Counted from the stretch's first letter, positions 44,500 to 56,612 are shown. The stretch is 64,000 bases of DNA from Escherichia coli (GCF_022846255.1 NZ_AP025682.1); one strand, 5' to 3'. Program-made: numbers and translations. The notes: a model not told the origin generated them from the sequence alone.

Positions 44500-46215
44500 T
44501 TACTCCACTTCCTGCCAGTTTTTCCGCTTACTGGTTTTACCGATCCCCGGATTCATACTGTTGGTCGGATCGTTCTCGCGATAAAACTTCTGCAACGTCT
44601 CCGGTGCTTTATACAAATGACCGACGTTATGTTCGGCAGGGTATTGCGCGCCGCGCTGCTGTAGCAGTTCCAGCATCTGTTCTTTCAACGCATGCACATC
44701 CACGCCTTTTTTAACGATGTAATCCTGATGGAAGACATAGCACATAAAATGGCCGTAATAGAGCTTGTGCACCAGCTGGCAGTCGATCTCCGGCGGTAAA
44801 TGCTCATACCACTCGGTGTCGTTACGCCGCAGAGCGATATCCAGTGCCAGAATGTCTTCGACTTCATCGGAATGCACCGCCTGATAACGAATTGCTGCGC
44901 CCGCAGCGGCGAAACGGTGTAAAAACGCTTTGCTGCCTTCCTCCGGCGTACAGACAAAGAAATCGCCTTCGGCCTGTTTGAAATAATCCACCAGCCACGA
45001 TTTGGCTTCACCGACGCCATCGCCCGCCATTTTTAACAGCAGATGATGTTCGTATTTATCGCGCCAGTTTTTCATGCGCGGCGGTAAATGGCTGGGGAAC
45101 AGGTGACCGAATTTTTGCATCGCACGGTCGGTAAAATGCGGACGGAAGAATTTCACTTTCTCCAGCATCGCATCGGTGCGCCCCTTGAGATTAAAGAAGA
45201 ACGGCATCTTGTCGGTGCCTAACTTATCAATCATCAGGAAGGTGTCTTTGCCGTATTTTTCCGCTATATCGTAGATATCCCGGTGCATATATTCCCCGGC
45301 AACCGGCAGATTTTCGAAATTAGCCAGAATATGACGGCGGATTTCGGTCAGTACTTCCGGCTGGTTGGTGCCGATATAAAACACCTGCTGATTTTTTTCC
45401 GCTTCGAAGGTATCAAGACGAACCGCAAAGACGGCCAGTTTTCCGGCGCAACCGGAGGATTCAAACAGGCGATCCGGGTCGGCGTTATAACGTGCGGGCG
45501 TGTCGGCTTCAATATCACGAACGCGGTGGACATAGTCATAATCGTGGGCGTGACGGCCATCGTGGCGCACATCGTCATCTTTGATGCGATCGTCATCCAG
45601 CTTGCTAAGGATCTGCTCCGGCGTTTCGCCCAGATCAATCCCCAGATGGTTCACCAGCGTCAGTTTGCCATCTTCATTTATACGCGCGAATAATGACATT
45701 TCGGTATACGCCGGGCCACGTTGCACCAGCGAGCCGCCCGAGTTGTTACAAATACCGCCGATGACCGATGCGCCTATACACGATGATCCAATCACTGAGT
45801 GCGGTTCGCGTCCCAGCGGTTTGAGGGCTTTTTCCAGTGAATAGAGCGTGGTGCCCGGATAGGCCAGCACTTGTTCGCCCTTGCCGAGAACGTGCAGCTT
45901 GTCGAGACGCAGGGTGCTGATGATCACGATATCGCGATCATAATCGTTACCGTTTGGCGTCGATCCTTCGGTCAGGCCTGTATTGGCAGCCTGCATCAGA
46001 ATAATTTTGTCAGCGGTGACGCAGGCTTTCAGCACCCGCCACAATTCCAGTAGTGAGCCAGGGAAAACGACAGCCAGCGCGTCGCCCTGACCAGAACGGA
46101 AGCCCTTGCGATAGCGGGCCGTTTTGGCGGGATCGGTGAGCAGGTGTGAATGACCGACCAGACGGGCAAGTTCATTCAAAAAGGCTTTATTATCAGTTGT
46201 TGTCATGGAAGACAT
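44500..46215 (-). CDS. dld: FAD-dependent D-lactate dehydrogenase (membrane-associated)
   Basis: 571 aa from MSSMTTTDNKAFLNELARLVG…. Confidence 0.93.
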   Translation of the reverse strand: MSSMTTTDNKAFLNELARLVGHSHLLTDPAKTARYRKGFRSGQGDALAVVFPGSLLELWRVLKACVTADKIILMQAANTGLTEGSTPNGNDYDRDIVIISTLRLDKLHVLGKGEQVLAYPGTTLYSLEKALKPLGREPHSVIGSSCIGASVIGGICNNSGGSLVQRGPAYTEMSLFARINEDGKLTLVNHLGIDLGETPEQILSKLDDDRIKDDDVRHDGRHAHDYDYVHRVRDIEADTPARYNADPDRLFESSGCAGKLAVFAVRLDTFEAEKNQQVFYIGTNQPEVLTEIRRHILANFENLPVAGEYMHRDIYDIAEKYGKDTFLMIDKLGTDKMPFFFNLKGRTDAMLEKVKFFRPHFTDRAMQKFGHLFPSHLPPRMKNWRDKYEHHLLLKMAGDGVGEAKSWLVDYFKQAEGDFFVCTPEEGSKAFLHRFAAAGAAIRYQAVHSDEVEDILALDIALRRNDTEWYEHLPPEIDCQLVHKLYYGHFMCYVFHQDYIVKKGVDVHALKEQMLELLQQRGAQYPAEHNVGHLYKAPETLQKFYRENDPTNSMNPGIGKTSKRKNWQEVE

Positions 46216-46410
46216 TTTCCACTCCTTGTGGTGGCGAAAAAATATCACAAACTAGAATAGCGCCTTGTATGACAATTCAGCGAGTGAATATTTTGAAAAT
46301 TCAGACAATAAACTGAGCATTCTTTTTCTCTCTCCATCATGCTTATGGCAAACTACGGTTTTTGCACCATTTTCGCTGCCACGTCGGGCAACAAAGGAAG
46401 AAAAATCCAT

Positions 46411-48708
46411 ATGAAATGGCTATGTTCAGTAGGAATCGCGGTGAGTCTGGCCCTGCAGCCAGCACTGGCGGATGATTTATTCGGCAACCATCCATTAACG
46501 CCCGAAGCGCGGGATGCGTTCGTCACCGAACTGCTTAAGAAAATGACAGTTGATGAGAAAATTGGTCAGCTGCGCTTAATCAGCGTCGGCCCGGATAACC
46601 CGAAAGAGGCGATCCGCGAGATGATCAAAGACGGTCAGGTTGGGGCGATTTTCAACACCGTAACCCGTCAGGATATCCGCGCCATGCAGGATCAGGTGAT
46701 GGAATTAAGCCGCCTGAAAATTCCTCTTTTCTTTGCTTACGACGTGCTGCACGGTCAGCGCACGGTGTTCCCGATTAGTCTCGGTCTGGCCTCGTCTTTT
46801 AACCTCGATGCGGTGAAAACAGTCGGGCGTGTCTCTGCTTATGAAGCGGCAGATGATGGCCTGAATATGACCTGGGCACCGATGGTCGATGTCTCGCGCG
46901 ATCCGCGCTGGGGACGTGCTTCCGAAGGTTTTGGCGAAGATACGTATCTCACCTCAATAATGGGCAAAACCATGGTGGAAGCGATGCAGGGTAAAAGCCC
47001 GGCAGAACGCTACTCAGTGATGACCAGCGTCAAACACTTTGCCGCTTATGGCGCGGTAGAAGGCGGTAAAGAGTACAACACCGTCGATATGAGTCCGCAG
47101 CGCCTGTTTAATGATTATATGCCGCCGTACAAAGCGGGGCTGGACGCAGGTAGCGGTGCGGTGATGGTGGCGCTGAACTCGCTGAACGGCACGCCAGCCA
47201 CCTCCGATTCCTGGCTGCTGAAAGATGTTCTGCGCGACCAGTGGGGCTTTAAAGGCATCACTGTTTCCGATCACGGTGCAATCAAAGAGCTGATTAAACA
47301 TGGCACGGCGGCAGACCCGGAAGATGCGGTGCGCGTGGCGCTGAAATCCGGAATCAACATGAGCATGAGCGACGAGTACTACTCGAAGTATCTGCCTGGG
47401 TTGATCAAATCCGGCAAAGTGACGATGGCAGAGCTGGACGATGCTGCCCGCCATGTACTGAACGTTAAATATGATATGGGATTGTTTAACGACCCATACA
47501 GCCATTTGGGGCCGAAAGAGTCTGACCCGGTGGATACCAATGCCGAAAGCCGCCTGCACCGTAAAGAAGCGCGTGAAGTGGCGCGCGAAAGCCTGGTGTT
47601 GCTGAAAAACCGTCTCGAAACGCTGCCGCTGAAAAAATCTGCAACCATTGCGGTGGTTGGCCCGCTGGCAGACAGCAAGCGTGACGTGATGGGAAGCTGG
47701 TCGGCAGCAGGTGTCGCCGATCAATCTGTTACTGTGCTAACAGGGATTAAAAACGCCGTCGGTGAGAACGGTAAAGTGCTGTATGCCAAAGGGGCGAACG
47801 TTACCAGTGACAAAGGCATTATCGATTTCCTGAATCAGTATGAAGAAGCGGTCAAAGTCGATCCGCGTTCGCCGCAAGAGATGATTGATGAAGCGGTGCA
47901 AACCGCGAAACAATCTGATGTGGTGGTGGCTGTAGTCGGTGAAGCACAGGGGATGGCGCACGAGGCTTCCAGCCGTACCGATATCACTATTCCGCAAAGC
48001 CAACGTGACTTGATTGCGGCGCTGAAAGCCACCGGTAAACCGCTGGTGCTGGTGCTGATGAATGGGCGTCCGCTGGCGCTGGTGAAAGAAGATCAGCAGG
48101 CTGATGCGATTCTGGAAACCTGGTTTGCGGGGACTGAAGGGGGGAATGCGATTGCCGATGTGTTGTTTGGCGATTATAACCCGTCCGGCAAGCTGCCGAT
48201 GTCCTTCCCGCGTTCTGTCGGGCAGATCCCTGTGTACTACAGCCATCTGAATACCGGGCGTCCGTATAATGCCGACAAGCCGAACAAATACACTTCGCGT
48301 TATTTTGATGAAGCTAACGGGGCGCTTTATCCGTTCGGCTATGGTCTGAGCTACACCACTTTCACCGTCTCTGATGTGAAACTTTCCGCGCCGACCATGA
48401 AGCGTGACGGCAAAGTGACCGCCAGTGTGCAGGTGACGAACACCGGTAAGCGCGAAGGGGCGACGGTAGTGCAGATGTACTTGCAGGATGTGACGGCTTC
48501 CATGAGTCGTCCGGTGAAGCAGCTGAAAGGCTTTGAGAAAATCACCCTGAAACCGGGCGAAACTCAGACCGTCAGCTTCCCGATTGATATCGAGGCGCTG
48601 AAGTTCTGGAATCAACAGATGAAATATGACGCCGAGCCTGGCAAGTTTAATGTCTTTATCGGCACTGATTCCGCACGCGTTAAGAAAGGCGAGTTTGAGT
48701 TGCTGTAA
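46411..48708 (+). CDS. bglX: Periplasmic beta-glucosidase (GH3)
   Basis: 765 aa from MKWLCSVGIAVSLALQPALA (signal peptide); GH3 domains. Confidence 0.93.
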   Translation: MKWLCSVGIAVSLALQPALADDLFGNHPLTPEARDAFVTELLKKMTVDEKIGQLRLISVGPDNPKEAIREMIKDGQVGAIFNTVTRQDIRAMQDQVMELSRLKIPLFFAYDVLHGQRTVFPISLGLASSFNLDAVKTVGRVSAYEAADDGLNMTWAPMVDVSRDPRWGRASEGFGEDTYLTSIMGKTMVEAMQGKSPAERYSVMTSVKHFAAYGAVEGGKEYNTVDMSPQRLFNDYMPPYKAGLDAGSGAVMVALNSLNGTPATSDSWLLKDVLRDQWGFKGITVSDHGAIKELIKHGTAADPEDAVRVALKSGINMSMSDEYYSKYLPGLIKSGKVTMAELDDAARHVLNVKYDMGLFNDPYSHLGPKESDPVDTNAESRLHRKEAREVARESLVLLKNRLETLPLKKSATIAVVGPLADSKRDVMGSWSAAGVADQSVTVLTGIKNAVGENGKVLYAKGANVTSDKGIIDFLNQYEEAVKVDPRSPQEMIDEAVQTAKQSDVVVAVVGEAQGMAHEASSRTDITIPQSQRDLIAALKATGKPLVLVLMNGRPLALVKEDQQADAILETWFAGTEGGNAIADVLFGDYNPSGKLPMSFPRSVGQIPVYYSHLNTGRPYNADKPNKYTSRYFDEANGALYPFGYGLSYTTFTVSDVKLSAPTMKRDGKVTASVQVTNTGKREGATVVQMYLQDVTASMSRPVKQLKGFEKITLKPGETQTVSFPIDIEALKFWNQQMKYDAEPGKFNVFIGTDSARVKKGEFELL

Positions 48709-48717
48709 TGCTTTAGT

Positions 48718-48745
48718 AAGGGCGCGACGTCTGCGCCCTTTAAGT
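48718..48745 (+). terminator. Hairpin terminator after bglX
   Basis: AAGGGCGC-gacgtct-GCGCCCTT followed by TAAGTATTTA. Confidence 0.6.
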
Positions 48746-48856
48746 ATTTATCTGATTCTGCAACTGAATCCTTCCGCTCAGGCTAACCCCGCCATTATCA
48801 ACTATGCTTTTCTCTTAATTCGCTGAAAACAACAGTAAAAGAATGAGGAAAGCATC

Positions 48857-49774
48857 ATGCCACTCTCAAAGGTCTGGGCAGGTTCACTGGTTTTGTTGGC
48901 AGCCGTGAGCCTGCCGCTACAGGCGGCTTCCCCCGTTAAGGTTGGTTCAAAAATCGATACGGAAGGCGCGCTGCTCGGCAATATCATTTTGCAGGTGCTG
49001 GAAAGTCACGGCGTTCCTACGGTAAATAAAGTGCAACTGGGAACGACTCCCGTAGTGCGCGGGGCGATCACTTCTGGCGAGCTGGATATCTATCCGGAAT
49101 ATACTGGCAATGGCGCGTTTTTCTTTAAAGATGAAAACGATACGGCATGGAAAAACGCGCAGCAAGGCTATGAGAAAGTCAAAAAACTCGATGCAGAGCA
49201 AAACAAGTTAATCTGGCTGACGCCCGCGCCTGCAAATAACACCTGGACCATCGCCGTGCGTCAGGATGTGGCAGAGAAAAACAAACTCACTTCGCTTGCC
49301 GAGCTGAGTCGTTATCTGAAAGAGGGCGGCAACTTCAAACTGGCAGCCTCGGCAGAGTTTATCGAACGTGCCGATGCCTTACCCGCGTTTGAAAAAGCCT
49401 ATGGCTTTAAGCTCGGTCAGGATCAGTTGCTGTCACTGGCCGGTGGTGACACGGCGGTGACGATCAAAGCCGCTGCCCAGCAAACTTCTGGTGTTAATGC
49501 CGCAATGGCTTACGGCACCGACGGCCCGGTTGCGGCGCTGGGGCTGCAAACCTTAAGCGATCCGCAAGGCGTGCAACCTATCTACGCGCCTGCGCCAGTG
49601 GTGCGTGAGTCGGTGCTGAAAGAGTATCCGCAAATAGCACAGTGGCTACAGCCAGTCTTCGCCAGCCTCGATGAAAAAACATTGCAGCAGCTGAATGCCA
49701 GCATTGCAGTGGAAGGACTGGATGCCAAAAAAGTGGCAGCCGACTACCTGAAACAAAAAGGGTGGACGAAGTAA
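48857..49774 (+). CDS. osmF: Periplasmic glycine-betaine/osmoprotectant-binding protein
   Basis: 305-aa ORF with signal peptide; first gene of a four-gene ABC operon. Confidence 0.9.
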   Translation: MPLSKVWAGSLVLLAAVSLPLQAASPVKVGSKIDTEGALLGNIILQVLESHGVPTVNKVQLGTTPVVRGAITSGELDIYPEYTGNGAFFFKDENDTAWKNAQQGYEKVKKLDAEQNKLIWLTPAPANNTWTIAVRQDVAEKNKLTSLAELSRYLKEGGNFKLAASAEFIERADALPAFEKAYGFKLGQDQLLSLAGGDTAVTIKAAAQQTSGVNAAMAYGTDGPVAALGLQTLSDPQGVQPIYAPAPVVRESVLKEYPQIAQWLQPVFASLDEKTLQQLNASIAVEGLDAKKVAADYLKQKGWTK

Positions 49775-49780
49775 TTTCCC

Positions 49781-50938
49781 GTGACTTATCTACGTATTAA
49801 TCCTGTTCTGGCGCTGCTGCTGTTGCTGACGGCAATCGCAGCGGCGCTGCCGTTTATCAGTTACGCACCTAATCGTTTAGTTTCGGGTGAGGGGCGTCAT
49901 CTCTGGCAGCTGTGGCCGCAAACTCTCTGGATGCTGGTGGGCGTTGGTTGCGCCTGGCTGACAGCCTGTTTTATTCCCGCTAAAAAAGGCAGCATTTTTG
50001 CACTCATTCTGGCGCAATTCGTCTTCGTATTGCTGGTGTGGGGAGCTGGAAAGGCGGCGACACAACTGGCGCAAAATGGCAGTGCGCTGGCGCGTACCAG
50101 CCTCGGCAGTGGTTTCTGGCTGGCTGCGGCGCTGGCACTGCTGGCCTGTAGCGATGCCATCCGCCGAATCTCCACGCATCCGCTGTGGCGCTGGTTGTTG
50201 CATATGCAGATTGCCATTATTCCGCTGTGGTTGCTGTACTCCGGCACGCTTAACGATCTCTCGTTAATGAAAGAATACGCCAACCGTCAGGATGTGTTTG
50301 ACGACGCGCTGGCACAACATCTGACGTTGCTGTTTGGTGCGGTGCTGCCTGCGTTAGTGATTGGTGTGCCGTTGGGCATCTGGTGCTACTTTTCCACCGC
50401 GCGGCAGGGGGCGATTTTTTCTCTGCTGAATGTCATTCAGACCGTGCCTTCGATAGCGCTCTTTGGCCTGTTGATTGCGCCGCTTGCCGCGCTGGTTACG
50501 GCCTTTCCGTGGCTGGGAACGCTCGGCATAGCAGGAACCGGAATGACACCCGCACTGATTGCACTGGTGCTCTATGCCCTGTTACCGCTGGTGCGCGGCG
50601 TAGTAGTCGGCTTGAACCAGATCCCGCGCGATGTGCTGGAGAGCGCCAGAGCGATGGGGATGAGCGGGACGCAGCGTTTCCTGCATGTTCAGTTACCGCT
50701 GGCGTTACCGGTATTTCTGCGCAGCCTGCGGGTGGTGATGGTGCAAACCGTTGGCATGGCGGTGATTGCGGCGTTAATCGGCGCAGGCGGTTTTGGTGCG
50801 CTGGTTTTTCAGGGGCTGTTAAGCAGTGCCATTGATTTAGTGTTGCTGGGGGTGATCCCGGTAATTGTTCTGGCGGTGCTTACCGACGCGCTGTTCGATT
50901 TGCTTATCGCACTGCTGAAGGTGAAACGTAATGATTGA
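49781..50938 (+). CDS. yehY: Osmoprotectant ABC transporter permease
   Basis: 385-aa polytopic ORF. Confidence 0.9.
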   Translation: MTYLRINPVLALLLLLTAIAAALPFISYAPNRLVSGEGRHLWQLWPQTLWMLVGVGCAWLTACFIPAKKGSIFALILAQFVFVLLVWGAGKAATQLAQNGSALARTSLGSGFWLAAALALLACSDAIRRISTHPLWRWLLHMQIAIIPLWLLYSGTLNDLSLMKEYANRQDVFDDALAQHLTLLFGAVLPALVIGVPLGIWCYFSTARQGAIFSLLNVIQTVPSIALFGLLIAPLAALVTAFPWLGTLGIAGTGMTPALIALVLYALLPLVRGVVVGLNQIPRDVLESARAMGMSGTQRFLHVQLPLALPVFLRSLRVVMVQTVGMAVIAALIGAGGFGALVFQGLLSSAIDLVLLGVIPVIVLAVLTDALFDLLIALLKVKRND

Positions 50939-51857
50939 ATTTAGCCATGTCAGCAAACTGATCGGCGCACAAAAAGCCGTTAACGATCTCAATCTCAATT
51001 TTCAGGAAGGGAGTTTTTCGGTGCTGATTGGCACATCTGGCTCCGGCAAATCCACCACCCTGAAAATGATTAATCGCCTGGTGGAGCATGACAGCGGCGT
51101 GATCCGCTTTGCCGGAGAAGAAATTCGTTCGCTGCCAGTGCTGGAGCTGCGCCGCCGGATGGGCTATGCCATTCAATCTATTGGCCTGTTTCCCCACTGG
51201 AGCGTGGCGCAAAACATTGCCACCGTGCCGCAATTACAAAAATGGTCGCGGGCGCGGATCGACGATCGTATCGACGAATTAATGGCGCTGCTGGGGCTGG
51301 AGCCGGATTTGCGTGAGCGTTATCCGCATCAGCTTTCCGGCGGTCAGCAGCAACGTGTGGGAGTGGCCCGCGCGCTGGCTGCCGATCCGCAAGTCTTGCT
51401 GATGGATGAGCCATTCGGCGCACTGGACCCGGTAACGCGTGGCGCGTTGCAACAAGAGATGACGCGCATTCACCGTTTGCTGGGGCGCACTATTGTGCTG
51501 GTCACTCATGATATTGATGAGGCGCTACGGCTGGCAGAACATCTGGTATTGATGGATCACGGTGAAGTGGTGCAGCAGGGCAATCCGCTGACGATGCTGA
51601 CTCGTCCGGCGAATGATTTTGTTCGCCAGTTTTTTGGACGTAGTGAACTGGGTGTGCATCTGCTTTCGTTACGTAGCGTGGCGGATTACGTGCGCCGTGA
51701 AGAACGGGCTGAAGGTGAGGCACTGGAAGAAAGGATGACGCTACGCGATGCGCTCTCCCTGTTTGTTGTGCGGGGATGCGAAGTGCTGCCGGTGGTGAAC
51801 ACGCAGGGGCAGCCTTGCGGCACACTGCATTTTCAGGATCTACTGGTGGAGGCGTGA
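50931..51857 (+). CDS. yehX: Osmoprotectant ABC transporter ATP-binding protein
   Basis: 308-aa ORF with Walker [10 protein letters not shown] and LSGGQQQR signature; overlaps the yehY stop. Confidence 0.92.
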   Translation: MIEFSHVSKLIGAQKAVNDLNLNFQEGSFSVLIGTSGSGKSTTLKMINRLVEHDSGVIRFAGEEIRSLPVLELRRRMGYAIQSIGLFPHWSVAQNIATVPQLQKWSRARIDDRIDELMALLGLEPDLRERYPHQLSGGQQQRVGVARALAADPQVLLMDEPFGALDPVTRGALQQEMTRIHRLLGRTIVLVTHDIDEALRLAEHLVLMDHGEVVQQGNPLTMLTRPANDFVRQFFGRSELGVHLLSLRSVADYVRREERAEGEALEERMTLRDALSLFVVRGCEVLPVVNTQGQPCGTLHFQDLLVEA

Positions 51858-51861
51858 GTGT

Positions 51862-52593
51862 ATGAAGATGTTGCGCGATCCGCTCTTCTGGCTCATTGCT
51901 CTGTTTGTGGTGCTGATTTTCTGGCTACCCTATAGCCAGCCGCTGTTCGGTGCTTTATTTCCGCAGCTGCCACGGCCCGTTTATCAGCAAGAAAGTTTTG
52001 CAGCTCTGGCGCTGGCTCATTTCTGGCTGGTGGGGATCTCAAGTTTGTTTGCTGTAATTATCGGCGTTGGTGCCGGAGTTGCCGTCACTCGCCCGTGGGG
52101 AGCAGCGTTTCGCCCGATGGTAGAAACCATTGCCGCCGTTGGGCAGACTTTTCCACCTGTAGCGGTGCTGGCGATTGCCGTTCCGGTGATGGGGTTTGGT
52201 CTGCAACCGGCGATTATCGCGCTGATCCTTTACGGCGTGCTACCCATCTTGCAGGCGACACTTGCCGGGCTGGGAGCGATTGATGCCAGCGTGACAGAAG
52301 TTGCGAAAGGTATGGGAATGAGTCGTGGTCAGCGACTGCGTAAGGTCGAGCTACCGCTGGCGGCTCCGGTGATTCTGGCGGGCGTGCGAACTTCGGTGAT
52401 TATCAACATTGGTACGGCGACGATCGCCTCAACGGTAGGGGCCAGCACGCTGGGTACGCCGATCATCATCGGGCTTAGCGGATTTAATACCGCGTATGTG
52501 ATCCAGGGGGCGTTACTGGTGGCACTGGCGGCGATCATCGCAGACCGCCTGTTTGAAAGGCTGGTGCAGGCGTTCAGCCAGCACGCAAAATAA
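51862..52593 (+). CDS. yehW: Osmoprotectant ABC transporter permease
   Basis: 243-aa polytopic ORF. Confidence 0.9.
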
Positions 52594-52681
52594 AGGTATA
52601 ACCTGCGAGCATGACGCCACCAATTCCGCCTAACGCCATAAACAGGAACAGGGCGATGACCCCAATTTTAGCTATGCGCAT
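52574..52681 (-). CDS. yohO: 35-aa single-TM small membrane protein
   Basis: ATG…TGA ORF translating to [35 protein letters not shown]; 3' end overlaps the yehW 3' end by about 20 nt on the opposite strand. Confidence 0.65.
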
Positions 52682-52740
52682 AATGCACTCCTTATGTTAA
52701 CGAAAGGATTGTACAGTAAAGCGCATTTGTTAACGAATCA

Positions 52741-53472
52741 TTAAATGCCGAGTGGGAAAATATCATGGCCTTGTTCCTGCCAACTGGTGAGTTGCTGCTG
52801 TTGGGCAGAGGTTCGATTTTCACCGCACCACACCAGCAATGTACGGCCTTCGAACAGTTCAGGGCGTAGTTGATTGAGCGAGTGAGCGAGGACATCAATG
52901 CGCCATCCTTGTTGACTGGCAATCCAGCCCTCCAGCCACAGACGGGTGGTATCGTGAATATTCCAGCCAACCACCAGCGCATCTTTACCCTGTTTTTTAC
53001 GTGCCGAAGCCAGACAAATGGCGATGTAGTTGATCAGTACGCCGTCGAGGATCGCCAGCAGCGCCTGGAGAGTCGGTTGTTGGCACTGAAGCCGTCGGCG
53101 CAGAGGAATAAACAGATGTGTGGTGAGTGTCTGGGCGGGGTAATCCTGACCGCGCTCTTTGATCCACGTTCGCAGGCTATGCAGATTGCCGCTTTGCAGG
53201 TAAGTCAGTAATGTTTCTTGCTGATCGCGCCAGCCGTTCTGCACATCAACATTTTCATTACTGAGCAGCATTTTTACTTTGCTGACCTGCACGCCGTTGT
53301 CGATCCAGCGTTTGATCTCGCGGATCCGGTCAATATCGGCATCGTTGAACAGCCGATGACCGCCGTCTGTCCGTTGTGGTTTCAGCAATCCGTAACGCCT
53401 CTGCCACGCGCGTAACGTGACAGGGTTAATATCACAAAGCAACGCCACTTCACCAATTGTGTAAAGCGCCAT
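52741..53472 (-). CDS. mlrA: MerR-family transcriptional regulator MlrA (curli/csgD regulation)
   Basis: 243 aa with N-terminal MerR HTH (MALYTIGEVALLCDINPVTLRAWQRRYGL). Confidence 0.92.
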   Translation of the reverse strand: MALYTIGEVALLCDINPVTLRAWQRRYGLLKPQRTDGGHRLFNDADIDRIREIKRWIDNGVQVSKVKMLLSNENVDVQNGWRDQQETLLTYLQSGNLHSLRTWIKERGQDYPAQTLTTHLFIPLRRRLQCQQPTLQALLAILDGVLINYIAICLASARKKQGKDALVVGWNIHDTTRLWLEGWIASQQGWRIDVLAHSLNQLRPELFEGRTLLVWCGENRTSAQQQQLTSWQEQGHDIFPLGI

Positions 53473-53693
53473 CGTCTCACCCTTGCTCGCGAGGTCCCGG
53501 TTTAACTTTAGACGCAGTTTTGCGAACCAGGTAGTTTTGCCCGTTTTTTGTGCATCTATAGGGTGATTTTATTTTTGCCAGGCGATTTTGAGTGATCGTA
53601 CTCACGAATTCTCATTTTTCTGCAAGAGTTCAAAGAAAGTTAAACGCAAGCAATGTATGTTACGCGTTTTAAAGGGAAGTGTGGTTTGCGGGT

Positions 53694-55379
53694 ATGTACG
53701 ATTTTAATCTGGTGTTGCTGCTGCTTCAGCAGATGTGCGTTTTTTTAGTCATTGCGTGGTTAATGAGTAAAACGCCATTATTCATACCGTTAATGCAGGT
53801 CACGGTTCGTCTGCCGCATAAATTTCTCTGCTACATCGTCTTTTCCATCTTCTGCATCATGGGCACCTGGTTTGGGTTGCACATTGACGATTCTATTGCC
53901 AATACCCGTGCGATAGGTGCGGTAATGGGCGGCTTACTCGGCGGTCCGGTCGTCGGTGGGCTGGTTGGTCTGACCGGCGGGTTACATCGATATTCGATGG
54001 GGGGCATGACCGCGCTAAGTTGCATGATCTCGACCATCGTTGAAGGATTGCTCGGCGGCCTGGTACACAGCATCCTGATCCGTCGCGGGCGCACTGATAA
54101 AGTCTTTAACCCCATTACCGCCGGTGCCGTCACGTTCGTCGCTGAAATGGTGCAAATGTTGATCATCCTGGCGATCGCCCGACCTTATGAAGATGCGGTG
54201 CGTCTGGTGAGTAATATTGCTGCGCCAATGATGGTCACCAATACCGTCGGCGCGGCACTGTTTATGCGTATATTGCTCGATAAACGCGCGATGTTTGAAA
54301 AATACACTTCGGCTTTTTCTGCCACTGCGCTGAAAGTGGCGGCCTCGACGGAAGGCATTTTGCGCCAGGGGTTTAACGAAGTGAACAGCATGAAAGTGGC
54401 ACAGGTGCTGTATCAGGAGCTGGATATTGGTGCAGTCGCGATTACCGATCGAGAGAAATTGCTGGCCTTTACCGGAATTGGTGACGACCACCATTTACCC
54501 GGCAAACCAATTTCTTCGACTTATACCTTAAAAGCGATTGAAACCGGTGAAGTGGTCTACGCTGATGGCAACGAAGTGCCTTACCGTTGCTCTTTGCATC
54601 CGCAATGCAAACTGGGGTCGACGCTGGTCATTCCGTTGCGTGGTGAAAATCAGCGAGTGATGGGTACCATCAAATTGTATGAAGCCAAAAACCGTTTATT
54701 CAGTTCAATCAACCGCACGCTGGGCGAGGGGATTGCGCAACTGCTTTCGGCGCAGATCCTCGCCGGGCAATATGAGCGGCAAAAAGCGATGCTCACCCAG
54801 TCAGAGATCAAACTGCTTCACGCCCAGGTGAATCCCCATTTTTTGTTTAATGCGCTTAACACCATTAAAGCGGTGATCCGCCGCGACAGCGAACAGGCCA
54901 GCCAGCTGGTGCAGTATCTTTCTACTTTTTTCCGCAAAAACTTAAAGCGGCCTTCGGAGTTTGTTACTCTCGCCGACGAAATTGAACATGTGAACGCTTA
55001 TCTGCAAATTGAAAAGGCGCGCTTCCAGTCGCGGTTGCAGGTCAACATTGCTATTCCGCAAGAATTATCCCAGCAGCAATTGCCCGCGTTTACCCTGCAA
55101 CCGATAGTGGAAAACGCCATTAAACATGGGACATCACAACTGCTGGATACAGGGCGAGTGGCAATCAGCGCCCGACGTGAGGGGCAACATTTGATGCTGG
55201 AGATCGAAGACAATGCCGGTTTGTATCAACCGGTAACCAATGCCAGTGGGCTGGGGATGAATCTGGTGGATAAGCGTTTACGTGAACGGTTTGGCGATGA
55301 CTATGGGATAAGCGTCGCCTGTGAGCCTGATAGTTACACCCGAATAACGTTACGACTACCATGGAGGGACGAGGCATGA
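53694..55379 (+). CDS. btsS: LytS-type sensor histidine kinase (5TM-Lyt, GAF, HisKA_3/HATPase)
   Basis: 561 aa from [13 protein letters not shown]…. Confidence 0.92.
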
Positions 55380-56095
55380 TTAAAGTCTTAATTGTCGATG
55401 ATGAACCGTTAGCACGGGAGAACCTGCGCGTATTTTTGCAGGAGCAGAGCGATATTGAAATCGTTGGAGAGTGTTCAAACGCCGTAGAAGGGATCGGCGC
55501 GGTGCATAAACTGCGCCCGGATGTGCTGTTTCTCGATATCCAGATGCCGCGCATCAGTGGTCTGGAAATGGTGGGGATGCTCGACCCGGAACATCGCCCG
55601 TATATTGTTTTTCTCACCGCGTTTGACGAATACGCCATTAAAGCCTTTGAAGAACATGCCTTTGATTATCTGCTGAAGCCAATTGATGAAGCGCGACTGG
55701 AGAAAACGCTGGCGCGATTGCGTCAGGAGCGCAGCAAGCAGGATGTTTCGCTGTTACCGGAAAATCAACAGGCGCTGAAATTTATCCCTTGTACGGGGCA
55801 TAGTCGGATTTATTTGCTGCAAATGAAAGATGTGGCATTTGTCAGCAGTCGGATGAGCGGTGTCTACGTGACCAGTCACGAAGGGAAAGAGGGCTTTACC
55901 GAACTGACATTACGTACCCTGGAAAGTCGTACACCACTACTGCGCTGCCATCGTCAGTATCTGGTTAACCTCGCGCATTTACAGGAGATCCGTCTGGAAG
56001 ATAACGGCCAGGCCGAGTTGATTTTGCGTAATGGCTTAACCGTGCCGGTCAGCCGCCGTTATCTGAAAAGCTTAAAAGAGGCGATTGGCCTGTAA
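55376..56095 (+). CDS. btsR: LytTR-family response regulator
   Basis: 239 aa, [15 protein letters not shown]…; ATGA overlap with the btsS stop. Confidence 0.92.
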
Positions 56096-56141
56096 AAGAC
56101 TGCTAAAATGGCTTTTTGCCTCATCAACACCTGAAGGCCTC

Positions 56142-56612
56142 ATGCTAAGTAACGATATTCTGCGCAGCGTGCGCTACATTTTGAAAGCCAATAATAATGA
56201 CCTGGTGCGTATTCTGGCGCTGGGTAATGTCGAAGCCACCGCGGAACAGATCGCCGTCTGGCTACGTAAAGAAGACGAAGAGGGTTTTCAGCGTTGTCCG
56301 GACATTGTTTTGTCTTCATTCCTCAATGGCCTGATTTATGAAAAACGCGGCAAGGATGAGTCTGCTCCGGCACTGGAGCCGGAACGTCGCATTAATAACA
56401 ACATCGTGCTGAAAAAATTACGCATCGCGTTTTCGCTTAAAACCGATGACATTCTGGCAATCCTCACCGAACAGCAGTTCCGCGTTTCGATGCCGGAAAT
56501 TACGGCGATGATGCGTGCACCGGATCATAAAAACTTCCGCGAATGCGGCGATCAATTTTTACGGTATTTTCTGCGTGGACTGGCAGCGCGCCAGCATGTG
56601 AAGAAAAGCTAA
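56142..56612 (+). CDS. yehS: DUF1456-family protein
   Basis: 156 aa from MLSNDILRSVRYILK…. Confidence 0.82.
   Translation: MLSNDILRSVRYILKANNNDLVRILALGNVEATAEQIAVWLRKEDEEGFQRCPDIVLSSFLNGLIYEKRGKDESAPALEPERRINNNIVLKKLRIAFSLKTDDILAILTEQQFRVSMPEITAMMRAPDHKNFRECGDQFLRYFLRGLAARQHVKKS

Noticed and set aside
47737-48615. 292-aa and 236-aa minus-strand ORFs antisense to bglX
   Set aside because: Entirely contained within the bglX coding region, no recognisable domain, biased composition; antisense artefacts.
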